Position numbers and translations under genes: made by a program. A stretch of DNA of 63,065 nucleotides, filler included, from Choristocarpus tenellus KU-1152 (taxonomy: Eukaryota > Protista > Phaeophyceae): assembly GCA_964200185.2 (NCBI GenBank). It is 13 parts of 13 records of this genome, joined end to end, with 100 filler letters (N's around TTAATTAATTAA, not from the genome) between each part and the next. Parts side by side here need not be neighbours in the genome. Positions count along the whole stretch, not along the records: positions 34,936 to 38,593 come from CAXNAD020018675.1; positions 38,694 to 41,802 come from CAXNAD020022270.1; positions 41,903 to 44,577 come from CAXNAD020025744.1; positions 44,678 to 53,929 come from CAXNAD020003842.1; 9 more parts are not named here. One strand, given 5' to 3'. The notes under the pieces were generated by a model, which saw only the letters and a program-made list of their open reading frames with translations, was not told where the DNA came from and made no database searches. The first letter of the stretch is position 1, and every line of letters begins with the position of its first letter. Below are positions 38,378 to 50,970 of this stretch, in pieces.

Positions 38378-40139
38378 GTGTGGCTTGGTTTTTGTATTGA
38401 TGGTTGGTGGGAAGGTGGCAAAGGTTTTGGTGATTGTCTGTTCTTCATTGGAAGGTGATGTACATGGTGTTTCATACCTGACACTGTTGAGGTTTGTAGA
38501 AGATAAAAATTACAAAAAAAACTTGTCTTGGTGTTGAATGATGTCAATTAAAAAAAAAACTCTTGAAACCTCTCCCGCTTCTATTGCCCCCCCNNNNNNN
38601 NNNNNNNNNNNNNNNNNNNNNNNNNNNNNNNNNNNNNTTAATTAATTAANNNNNNNNNNNNNNNNNNNNNNNNNNNNNNNNNNNNNNNNNNNNTTTCGGT
38701 CAAAACCATCCTCAATAGTACGCACCATCCTCAATTTTTAAAATTCACTGTTTCAAGTGGCTCTATCAAGACGTGTCATGCGCTTTAAGCTAGAGACGCC
38801 AAGGAGATGGGTAAGGAGGAGCTTGTTAGATTCTTGGGATGCTTCCCTAGCTCCTCACCCTGGGGTGCAGGACTATGGTAGGTTCGAGGCATAGAAGAGG
38901 AGTCGTGTAGCATACCTGGTAGTAAAATAGTAAATAGATGATAGAAAAAGTATATTTCATATTTACAACAACTGCTACTTTTTCAGGGGTTCTAATATTT
39001 AATTGGCTTTTCAATGGTTTTCCCCTGACACATCTGCAAAATGTCAGGGGACATAATAATAGAACAATAAAAATATATATAGTGAAGGTTCGTCCAACCA
39101 CATAGAATGGTGTATGTAACCACGAGATACGTTAACATGGACACGATGGTCGCTGCCCAAGTTTTCCCAGTGGGGCTGTACCGAAAAAAAAGCAGATAAA
39201 ACCCCCAACATTTCCGGACACTTTTTTATCGGCACATCTTTTCAATGCCTTTTGCAGACTTTCTGTGAGCACGCACACACGTAACTTACACAACAACATG
39301 AACCATGACGGTGAGACAAGGAGAGCTGTCGAGGCCACTCTGCCCCCTGGATCTACCCTTGGCACCTTCTCTTTCTAGAGAAGACAGAAAAGCAAGTACC
39401 GTGAGACACTCAGTGTGATGTTAGGTGACGAGAAAATGCGAGTAGTGTGGCGCAGCAGCATAATCAAATCGCGAAATGGATCACGAGGCCGCGACCCTGA
39501 CGCTAAGATAAGATGCATGGAAAGCATTACCACACAAACGTGGTTGGAACTTCAACCGATGCGGAGCACTGCTCTCCAATCTCTGCCGCCTCGGGAAAGA
39601 AGGAAGAGAGCAGCGAGTCCATCACCAGGTGGTACAGTGACTAAGTCTGTGGGGAAGTCTGGTCATGGCGGGCGATGGGAGAACCGAAGTGGCCGGCCGA
39701 AGGGAAGATTGAGGAAGAGAGCAGTGCGACTGCATGCCGTTGCACTCAGGAAACGCCTAAGCAAAAACCCAGGTGTAGAATATCTTTGTAGTCGACTGTT
39801 GCAGCAGGCCCTGGCTGTTTGGAAGCTGTGCGAACCAGAGTAGCTTAAGGAAACGAGAAAGAAGGTGTTAGGGTTGGGCTACAAGAGCTCTGAAGCCCGA
39901 AAGAAGGTCGAAAGGGCTCGCAAGGCGGAGGAGAATGCAATCGTAACAAAGGCAGCTGTGGAGACTTTTCGATACCACGAAATCCCTTACTTCGAATAGG
40001 TCACGAAGCAGGTGGAGGTAGCCATCGATAAGGATGTTGAAATATTCCACACTGGAACCACAGCTGTGTGCCTTGATAGAGGACAATAAATGGTTTGATG
40101 TAGATACATCATATTTAATGTCACAAGGAGAAATATTCT

Positions 40140-40430
40140 CTTTCACCAAAATAGGAGCTTATAAAGCCTTCTAACCTTTCGAGTCTTGAACTGATGTCTT
40201 CCACCTCTCGAGATTCGGTTGGGAGAGAAGGAGTTGAGGTCGATACCATATGCGATCTCTCCTTAGCCCCCCTTCCAGAAGGTCTTCCTGCCAACTCCCT
40301 GGCTCGAACAGTCAGGGGACATTCGCTCATCTCGTGACCTAACCCTGTGCATCTCATGCATCTTCTACCTTGGTCGTTATCTCCCCCCAGTCTTGTAGTT
40401 CAGCACAACGTCCCAGGAACAATCGGTCTG
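40140..40430 (-). mobile_element. Retrotransposon gag fragment with zinc knuckle
   Basis: RCMRCTGLGHEMSECP (CX2CX4HX4C), lying between two family-A LTR pieces. Confidence 0.6.
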
Positions 40431-40440
40431 CTACGTAGCG

Positions 40441-40818
40441 TGTTGAAATATTCCACACTGGACCCACAGCTGTGTGCCTTGATAGAGGACAATGAATAGC
40501 TTGATGTAGATACATAATATTAATGCTACAAGGGGCTTATGGTCTCAATTCCGCTGACTGAACTGGTGGGGGGTGAGACATGCCTAGACTATCATACTAT
40601 TCTATAGTGTGGGGTTTGCTATCATCCAAACTAATTTACTGTGAATCCCTTATTTACTTTTCTTAAGTATAGCAAGTGTATCTTGAACATGACACAAAAA
40701 TCAATGGACACTATGAGTCAGTACATACGATATTTCTGTCACTGGCTCTCCATTCTATTACATCATCCACCGGTGGTGCCTATAGTGTATCAGCAGCACT
40801 ATCTACGAACAAAGGATG
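40441..40818 (+). mobile_element. LTR family A copy (partial second copy at 40035-40128)
   Basis: TGTTGAAATATTCCACACTGG start at both 40035 and 40441; aligns with 12635-13087. Confidence 0.65.
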
Positions 40819-41634
40819 CCAGGAAAGAAGAGGAGGTAAGATTGAGACTATTTGCACACCAGTGGTCTTGTGTCTCCCACTTCTTGCAAGATGCCGTACA
40901 TTCCCTTTTGTTCCTGGTCCTGGACTTAGGGTTGGACGTATAAAGTTGATTAAGGCTTTCTCCCAGCCTGTATTCATTGAGAAATTACCACAATCTTCGA
41001 TCAACTCAAGCCTGTCCTCCCTTGCTCTTGCGCCTTGATGAAAAGAAATATCACCCGTCCAGGAAACACGGATAATGCCCATTTCCGGCGCTCAACAAGG
41101 AAATGTGATAGTTAACGGTCTAACACTGCGAATCCTGTACATGTGTATGAATGACGGAAAAGATCGTCAAACGGTGCTCGAGATGGCAGCAGGTTATGCG
41201 ATGGTCAGACCAGAAACTGTGAGTATATGGGAGAGATACTTCCTAAGGGCCACATCAAGGTGTTGGAGCAAGGGCGCTGTGAGAGGCGTTTCGTCCTGGG
41301 CCTCAATGAGGACATCCTTGCCAGGGTCAAAGAGTGGGTGCGCGAACACACAGGAAGAAAGGATGGGGAGGCTTTTTTACCACCTCAACCATATACTTCA
41401 ATCAAGTAATAGTGCATCCGTTGCCACACTTCGTGACCTACAATCCAGGGTTCGAACCCCAATATGACTGCTCTTTCTTCAAAAAAATAAAAAAACGGCG
41501 AGAAAAAAACGAAGCCCGTACTCTGGAGGGCCTTGTGGCAGGCATCACGAATATTCTTCTTCTTTTTTAATCCGATGTGTACATCAAAAGTTACGACGGC
41601 ACAACCCCAGAGGGCGAAGCTACTCTTACCACTA
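40819..41634 (+). mobile_element. DNA transposon remnant, IS630/Tc1/mariner-type (copy 2)
   Basis: Homologous to 9274-10078; frameshifted ORF ETVSIWERYF / KGHIKVLEQGRCERRFVLGLNEDILARVKEWVREH; followed by TA. Confidence 0.55.
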
Positions 41635-43255
41635 TATCAACAGTGTACCGACCAATAACGGGTTGAGAGGATTGATGGTCTACGTCCAGCAAGGGTAAGA
41701 GTTTCCCAAGAAACAAATAATCCAGTTTGTTAAGAATATGCTTTTTATTCATGTGTAAAAGAAGATTCTGTAGAAGAAACAATTTAAGAATGAAGAGACG
41801 GTNNNNNNNNNNNNNNNNNNNNNNNNNNNNNNNNNNNNNNNNNNNNTTAATTAATTAANNNNNNNNNNNNNNNNNNNNNNNNNNNNNNNNNNNNNNNNNN
41901 NNATGGTGCTTAGTACATATCCACCTACAATAGTTTCTATTCAACCACAGGGGGGGGGGGGGGAGGGGGGGTAAAGGTGAAGCATTTTTCCTCTCCTCAA
42001 AAAGTAAAAACAATGGACTAAACAAAATTAGAGCAGGGAGTGACACATTATCATTTGGCCCATTGGTGGTGCTCCCATGCTTTTAGAAAGGCAGCACACA
42101 GTCAGAACAGTGCAAAGCAAGATCTGTTTCACTTTGCTGAACAAACCCTAACACTACAAACGGCAGCCGCTCTAACAGAACAAAGATTACAGATGGCACT
42201 GATCACAGCTCATGACAAGGTTGCCACCAAAAGGACAGCACCATCTATTTTATGTTTTCCAAGATACAAGTTGTGCTCCAGTTGTTGCACCACAGCTCAA
42301 GTATAGGTATATCACCAAAATTTTAAACGTTCCATCAGACAAACAATCTTTACCCCAAGCCCCTCCAAGTGAGCTTTCATGTGCAATTCCACTAGGTTAC
42401 CACTGCATGGTTCACACTTTCTCAGCACCATCACTAGCAATGGCAATAATCACCATTATCACCTACCTACACCAGTGGAAAACTCATTCACCACAACTCG
42501 AGGACCATATTTGCTTTCACAGCCTTGAAATATATTCACTACTGCTTTATCTATCACCCCTGCAATGTATCCATATCCACCCCACTACCAGTGGTACAGT
42601 GCTGACAAGTGAAGCATCAGACAGAAGTAGACAGACAGAAGTGGATGTTTGACTCCTTGCCAGTCACAATACAGTTCTGTGGTAACAATCTATTTCAACA
42701 TAGACAGCTTGAGAACCATTCTTAAGCGTGTCACCATCTCACCACTCCATATGAATAACAGGAGATCACTTCCACACCAACAACCCAAGTTGATCCACAG
42801 AGTAACTTCAATTAGCTGCCTGAAACTTCAAGGCATCCGGTTCGCTATTACCACCGATAGATTCAACTTCATCCTGAAAGGTGATGTTGCAGTCCAATAA
42901 TCCTAGATGCCTATGCACGACCATTATTCACTTTCATTCACAACCTCTGACACCACTGGAGATGCAGTTCACACAAGTACACAAAAGGCTTCACATGGCA
43001 TACATCTAGAGCATCGTTCCACCGAATGCATGATTGTGGCATAGAAGAGGGATATAGTTATGGCTAGTGTTATAAATTACCTAATACTCCCTCTACCCTG
43101 AAAGTATCCCTTCCCTATCTCGAATTCAATAGTTCTAGCACTTCAAACCTTCATGATTGAAGGATTACACATCCACGAAAAATTACCATAGGATCATAGA
43201 TAATACTAAATCTAACCTAGAACACGAGGTCCAATCCCTACAAAACATGACCCAC

Positions 43256-44215
43256 CGTGAGTTGGCTTGGCCAAGAGTCCCATCTCCTTGAGATCGAGGC
43301 ATATTTCCCATGCCCGGTCACTGTCACCATCATCCTGCGTGGAGGAGCATGTTGAGAGTTGAGAGTCAAAGTAAACGAGAGGTAGCCAGGTTCTGGTTAT
43401 GTATTTTAGCCAACATTTTTCATCCTTTGCAATTACCCTTATTTCTATGGATGAAGTACTGAGATGGACTTGAGAGCGTTGATATCTCTGTTTGAAAATT
43501 TCCAACAGAGTTCAGAAAAGTCCCTATACATACATTTGTACAAAAGGTGAACTCATAAACAAAACTGTCAGCATACTTAAAATGCAACCCTGGGCACCTC
43601 ACGTTTACTTTAGACCTGGGTTGTGAGAGGGAGGGGAGGGGGTGGATGGAGGAGGATGTGCAAGACATGTGGCATGTGAGGTGTTAGGGCAATTGAGAGT
43701 GCTCACCACACACCACTTCCTCCAAATAATATCATTGCCCTCCCGCACTTATTTAATTCCCCTTCCGTACATTTGTCCAAAAACTTCACCTCCCTGAACT
43801 AATGGACTGACAAGGGCAAGAGTGTATTTAGGTGTTGTGCACACATGACCCCACACACAACTCATCGCCCCCTTTATCTCTTCTGTCCTTTGCCCCTGTC
43901 ATGGTCGCAACTATCTGTCCTACCTTGCCTCTTTCAAAATCCATTATCGTGATACTGCTTCCCCAAGCAAAACTCCCTTCCCCCCTACACCCCAGTGGGG
44001 TTTTTTGTTGTTTCTGTACTAGCTCTTCACATTCACCTTTATAACCACTGCATTGAGGAGCCCTCGACCCCTGATCTTCTCTACCATTGGTGCACCCAGT
44101 CCCTCTAATCCGGCCCTGACCCTGGTGCCCATCTTAAAGGCGTTCTCAGCCAAGCCCTCATCCCTTAAAACTTGGAGTGCTGCCATGGCAACACGGCATG
44201 CCACTGGGTTGCCCC
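43256..44215 (-). CDS. OAT: Ornithine aminotransferase, two internal exons (44215-44037, 43334-43256)
   Basis: GGNPVACRVAMAALQVLRDEGLAENA..IRGRGLLNAVVIK|DDGDSDRAWEICLDLKEMGLLAKPTHG is typical of OAT. Confidence 0.9.
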
Positions 44216-44990
44216 CTGTACATACATTGAAAGGATGTGTGGGATCATGAGCAGGCAAGACGTAGCACCTTCATTTATGGTGATTATATAGCCTCATCTT
44301 GGTCTCTACAATAAACCAATCACGTGTGTCACGTATCTTATCAGGTTGGCACATGATTTGACCTGCAGCATCTAGATACAAAATCTTATTGGATTTTACA
44401 CACCTTACCTATCAGGTCCTGGCACCGGCAGTTCCCACATGATCTACTATTTGCTTTCTTCACCCTTTACTATTCCCCCAGTACACTCCAAAGTGAAGAA
44501 GACAAAACAAAATCCACATCCTGGCTTTAACCCTCCCCCAACCCCCGTATTGTCAAGACTCAAAGAATTTGGGGGGGNNNNNNNNNNNNNNNNNNNNNNN
44601 NNNNNNNNNNNNNNNNNNNNNTTAATTAATTAANNNNNNNNNNNNNNNNNNNNNNNNNNNNNNNNNNNNNNNNNNNNCATAAAAAAACCTCAGGGTACTT
44701 TTTTAAGACCGTTTTCGCAAAACAACCATCCTCCCCGCTCCATCCCCAATTTTGAAAATCCTCTCTTAATGGTCTCACTAAAACCTTTCAAGTTTCCCTA
44801 ACCCTTAATATACTTCCCCCTTTTTTGACAAAACGTTACAGCCAATCCACCTCCTTCCCGCGCATTTGAGTGTGGCGAGCAACTCGTCTCGCCCGGACTG
44901 CTATTGGATTTCTTTTTAATCCCAGTTAGGTACACTTGTCTGACCAGGATCACTAGGTAGAGGGATAAACTAGAGATACCAACCTTCTCA

Positions 44991-47900
44991 ATGTCGTTGG
45001 AGGTTAGCGATGCCAACCCACTAAAGTTCGTGGTAAGAACTTCCTTTGAAATATGTCGATGGTATTGGAGAGTTCCGTCCTCGCACTCTGCAACGTACAA
45101 GGTGTTAAACTACTTGTCCCAACATCTCTGCGCTTTGTGTCCCTGTCATCAACCTCCAGGCATTCTCGAGCTTGGTGAATACTGAGTTCTGGGCGGAGTT
45201 GGCAGGTCGAAAATTAGATACTTATCGACTGAACGACGAAGCGCAGGTGAGACAACAAAGCAAGGATGGATTTCAGAGGTATCAACGAAACATGGACATT
45301 CCATTGCCCCCAAAGTCGTCCACTGAGCACACTGTAACATTTTGAGTCCTATGTCTGTGCTCCCACTCAATAACCCTCAGCCAATATGCGGCTTCTATGG
45401 ACCAGGTCACCAGGCAAGGACGTCGTGCCGCCTCACCCTTCTGAGAGACTCGTTTGCAACTGCTGACCCAAGCAACAGTGGTGGGGGTGGCGGGCCTGGG
45501 GCACGCTTCCAGGAGTGCCGTGCCATAGGAGTGATCAAGAATGTTAACACTAGTGAGGTGAGGATGGACTCCTGCATGAGCTCAAGAGGCCTCGTGGATC
45601 TCAAGTTAAAATGTTGCCATGGTGGCATGTGTGCAAGTGACGGAGTGACGGAGCGGTCACTATTGCGTCAATGGGTGGAGCGAAGTTGTGAAGATATGTT
45701 TAGTTACAAGGGACCGTTGTCTCCCCATAGGCTGTTGGAGAAAAATAGTGTTCCAGCCTCCTAAAACGACTAAAACAAGTGCGCTGCAGTTGGCGCTCAT
45801 CTTGAGCCCTGACCTGGGACCAGCTCCAGAATCTAAATCCTATGCATACCTGAAGAAAACGCCACTCTGTCCCTCCCATCCATGATACCTTAGTATTCAT
45901 AGCTCCATCTTTTAGCCTACCTGCTCTTCCTAATGCAGAGCCGCCTTACCAATTCTGTCAACTACTGATGGGATACCGCCTACCCCATTGTGTCTCCACG
46001 CCCATACACAATGCAACAAGGCCTTCCGTGCTCTGGATAAGGCGGAAGCGTTGAAAGATGTTGTCCACCGTGTCTGGCAAGATGTGGTCACTGGCAGAGC
46101 CATCGTCCAACCGGAACTCCTCTTGAGATTTTTTCTGCTCACCTTTGCCGATCTGAAAAAGAGCACCTTTGTGTATTGGTTTGCGTTCCCGACACTTGGC
46201 TCTCAAAACAACTTTGGTCTGACTGCAGATCCTGTCCACATATCCTCCATCATGACTTCGCAAGACCTTTCATCTCTGACCACTGGTCTTTCACTCCTTT
46301 GGGGGCGAACAGTGGATGAGGCAACAGGTGCGATACAGGGTTGCCCTCCATTCTTTGTTATTGTTCGAACCGTGGGAAGTCCATGCAAGACTGAGGTTGA
46401 AGGAAGACTGAAGGACAAAGGTGGAGTACGGGTACTTTCCCTTGCCGAATACGAGGAGACAAAGATTGTGGCTGATACCTTGCAGGGGGATAAGAGATGT
46501 TATGAACTGGGTGATGTGGGCGATTGGGACACTCCAGAGGGGGTGATGTTTGGCTTTTTCGACCCATCTGCTGAGCCTGGGATTCCTGGCTGGCCACTGC
46601 GAAATCTTCTGGTTCTAATCTCTGTACGTTGGGGTGTGAGGAAAGCAAAGGTTTTATGCTACCGGGGCTTGGTTCCTCGTCCTAGGCAGGAGGTGGGCCT
46701 TCCGGCAGCGGCGGCCTTTCAGGGTGAGCATATACTGAAATTGTTGTAAGTATTTCTAGGTGTGCAGTGTTCGAAATTTTGGGAAGACTAAAAGTCAAAT
46801 CCTTGAACTTTATCCAACTGGTGACATGGCAACACAAATCAGAGGGCTAAAGAGTACTTATTTGATGATACCCTATCCCTAAACCTGTCAGGTTCGTGAT
46901 TCTGGACAAAGTCTATCTATTTGAGCTATATGCACTCGAAGTTGTGATGCTTGGTGTTCCCTTCGCCAGAATTTCTTGTGGAGTGCAAGTTAACAGTTCT
47001 TGTGTAGGCGTTTTGAAGTTCTTTTGTCGCTGTCTCAGACCCTCTCGTTGTCAGGATGCTGTTATTTCTGCACAATGGAGAATGTAATCCATATCCACAG
47101 ATCTATAGATGGACACAGCCTGTTGTGTGTTAGATGACTCAGTACTCTCTTATTTGTGTCAAGTCTAAACTGCCTCTTGTTGTCTATTTCCTCCTGCACA
47201 TTGCCTTCCCTCCAGCCCCCCTCCCTACCCATATTGAACACTATGCTCCATTGTCTAGCATGCAGAGTTCCTGTTACTCACACCTTCTCCAACACCTTGG
47301 TTATACATTGCTGTAAGATTAAAAACCATGGATATCATGCTCTAAGTATATGCAACACCCTCTGCCTACAACCGGTTACAATGTCTCCAATAGACACGGC
47401 AGGTGGGGCTGATGAAAGCATTGTACTCAATGTCTGGCTGGGCCCTGAACAGATCAAAAGTGTGGGAACTGCTTTTCATGAAGAAATCCCAGCCGAGGTG
47501 GAGGCAGCCTGGCTTCATCCTGGGGTTGGGAAGCTGGGATGGGAGCCCAATTTGAAGGGGAGGCTGGGGCCTAGGGGGGCAGACTTGAGCTCAGTGATGG
47601 ACCCTCTTCGCCTGGCAAAGAGCAGCGTACGTTTGAACATCAAATTGATGCGATGGTCGGCCATACCAGAGCTGGATGTAGACATGCTGGAAAGTACCAA
47701 GTGCCTCCTTCTGGGTGCAGGTGAGATATGAGGTGTGCACGGAGTTACTTACCTCTGTCTTTTCAGGGTCTGTCTGATGTGCCTTGGTTGGTTTGAGGGT
47801 CTCTTTCTGTAATACGATTGCATGTCTGCTTTCCGCTGCAATATAACTCTTTCTGTAGGGAATAGGAAACCCTTGTGTATTCTTGTATCATTGCAATGTA

Positions 47901-50900
47901 GTAGAACGGCTATACACATAGTTTGTAGTATATATATATATTCATCATAGTTGGTGCATGAGTGCGTAGGGGTGACCAAGTACCATCGAATGGGGATTTT
48001 TCCCAGTACTAGTAATGCTGGGTTTCACAAGTGCTGCAACCCCTCAGACTGATTTCACACTCCAAAAAGAAACATCCCCCCCCCCCCACCTCACTGCACC
48101 GTGTGACTCAGAACCATACTATCACATTTATTGTGCCCTTGGTTTCTCCTGCCTCTGATTTGATTCTACAGGTACGTTGGGCTGTGCTGTGGCACGTACC
48201 TTGCTTGGGTGGGGTGTTGAGCACATCACCCTAGTAGACAATGGGCGTGTCTCCTACTCAAACCCTGTTCGGCAGTCCCTCTACACACACCAGGACTGCT
48301 TGAACGAAGGCGCCCATAAGGCTGAGGCTGCGGCAGCGGCCCTGGCTGCTGTGTACCCAGGAGTTCGATCGAAAGGGTATGTCCTCACCATACCTATGCC
48401 GGGGCACCCTCCAGCTACAGACCAAGAGGCCGACGAGTTTCGGAGACATGCAGAGGAACTAGAGGCATTGGTGCGGTCTCATGACGTGGTGTTTGTTCTT
48501 ACTGATTCAAGAGAATCCCGCTGGCTGCCAACGCTGCTGACTGCCGAGCTCGACAAGCCCTGCATTAATGTTGCGCTTGGGTTGGACTCCTTTCTTGTGG
48601 TCCGGCATGGTGGCATGTTGGGGAGCGAGGGCGGTGGCGGTGGTGTAGATACCCCTGTTGCGCCTTCCAAGGCGGAGGCCAATGAAGATGTAGGGGCGGT
48701 AACGAAGGGAGTGGCAAGGGGGACAGGAGGAGGTGGGCTTATGTCGGGGTCATCAGGGTTGGGGGGCGGGGCAGGCCCAAGCGGTGGAGCACCACAACAG
48801 CTTGGTTGTTACTTCTGCACAGATGTGGTGGCACCAGAGAACTCAATGCTGAACAGAACTTTGGACCAGCAATGCACGGTGACCCGGCCAGGCCTTGCAC
48901 CCATGGCAGCTGCAGCAGCTGTGGAGCTAGTAGTGGGATTGCTCCACCACCCTCTGCGGCATAGGGCACCTCCAGACAACTGTGCAGGGGGAGCTAGGGA
49001 TATCGGAGCTGCTCAGGCTGCTGCAGCTATGGGCCAAAGTCGGGCACTAGGGGCTCTTCCCCACCAGGTGAGTTAGGTCGACCCACTTCGAAGGTGTTTG
49101 GTGTCTGTAGTTTTGACCTTGCCCTGCCCCCAGACTAGTGATTGCTTCTGCTGTGTTGTCTATATTGGACCGCATACATTGTATTGATGTGATTGTATTG
49201 ATGTAATGCCGACGTCTACTGAATGGAGTGATTGCATATTACAATGAGTTTTTTTTTTTGTATTTTGTGGAATGTATAGTGTATCTACAAAACAGCCAAT
49301 CGTGTGTGAGCAGGCCATTGTTTGTCGACCGTTCAGACCAGGTGCGAGATGGTGGACATGCACATTTTTGTCACACCTTGGGTAGCATTGCACTGCTGTT
49401 ACACTATGTCAACGCTTTGGCTTAGCGTATCACTAAAGGATGTATATATTTTGGTCTTGTGTGTGTTTGGACTAGAGTATTACAGGCATTTTGCAGCATT
49501 TTGTCAAAGAGCAAAATACATAATATCATATTCTGATACTATATTACATTGCATGTTCCATTGCTCTTTGTGTTATGACACCATGAAATGCATTAGCATG
49601 TTGCATTGTTGTGAATCATGTTTGTAGGTATGTGGATTTCAGGTCTTGTGTAATGTATGTTTTGGGCGACCTGGGATTCCCAACAAAAGGACAACGACGT
49701 TGGTATTTCCATTGCACATCATCATGCAATAATTGAAACAGAGACATAACATGAATGGAATGGAATGAAATACTGTCATACCGTGAAGTGTGTTGACTAG
49801 TAGTGGGAGGTCTCTTTTCCAGCTAAAGAGGGCTGTACAGAAATAGGAGTTATTGCCTAATGCGTTGAGGAGACTGCAGAGATGAAGCTCTTTTGCCAGG
49901 GGGCACACAACTCTATTCCAAAGAAGTATGGTGCCTTTTAGGGAGGAAGCCAATCAGATGATGCCTGACCACCCTGAAGATCCTGAGAAACTATGGGCTG
50001 TGCAGGCACTGTACATCAATAGGAAGTTCGCTTGTCCCTTTCAAATGTGACTGTAAAGGAGTTGTCTTGGCCTTGAATGACCAAGCAATGACATGCATGC
50101 AAACAAGCGTTTGCTCTATCGAGAGCGCCACCCCCTATCTTGCCTCGTGGTTTTCCATCTTAAACAGGTGCGTTTCTTCATCAATAATTTCAGTACGGTG
50201 ACGCCATCGGCCTTGGCATTCGATCAATGCACGGCCTGTTCATCAGCTGTAGTGAATGCTCACATCCAGGGGGGCTGGTCCTTCATCAGGAGGGTTTGCA
50301 CCTGTCCGCGTCTCCTGGAGGAGATCTCAGGGCTGGACGAGCTCCACAGGTTTGGTTTGTTTTGATGAAAGGTGTTGATTGTGACCTATCATAGGTCTGT
50401 ACTGGGGCAAGGAGGAACAATGGACGACTATAGTGCCTCTTCTACTGGGATGGCATGCTCCTGCTGTCGAGTGTTAGCCCTTAGATATCTTTGGACAGTT
50501 TCTCCATGACACTATTGGAGCTGTGTGTTAGGTCCTTTCTTGATCTGATCGGATTGGCTCGTTGATTGTTCCTTGGGCATGTGGCAGAGGGCTTTCTTCT
50601 GAGGTTCTAAGGAAGGTACTGAGTACAGTACTGAGAAGGAACGGAGGCAGGGCGGTGTAGGGGTTGAACGGAACGTCTTGAATGTTTGATTGGCTTGCAC
50701 CTGACCAAGGTGTTTAGTACTCTGTGCGTTCATTACCTTGCACAGCCTAGTTGTAATAATAGTGTCGTTTGTATTGTTTAAGGCATCTTTTAAGGGGTGA
50801 GACTATGTTAAGGAGGATTTCTGACTTAGATTGAACCAACAAGTGCCAACAATCACAATCACAATCACAATCACGCCTGTTCTTGTTCTTACTTTAGGGC

Positions 50901-50970
50901 CACGGAGGGAATCGATGTCGACCTGGACTGGGATGAAGAAGATGAAGACCATTTGATGTCTGTTGCTTAA
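44991..50970 (+). CDS. ATG7: Autophagy E1-like enzyme ATG7, complete; exons 44991-45032, 45160-45246, 45381-45557, 46021-46723, 47394-47720, 48172-49067, 50168-50349, 50898-50970
   Basis: [69 protein letters not shown], catalytic [16 protein letters not shown], acidic tail; all introns GT-AG and in phase. Confidence 0.96.

Noticed and set aside
39415-39843. Arg-rich 142-aa ORF
   Set aside because: No domain recognised; lies among retroelement debris and is probably an antisense or shadow frame.
41440-41634. tRNA or SINE suggested by GGTTCGAACCC and a TAGTGGTA box
   Set aside because: Boxes are about 170 nt apart, no cloverleaf forms, and both lie inside the transposon remnant.
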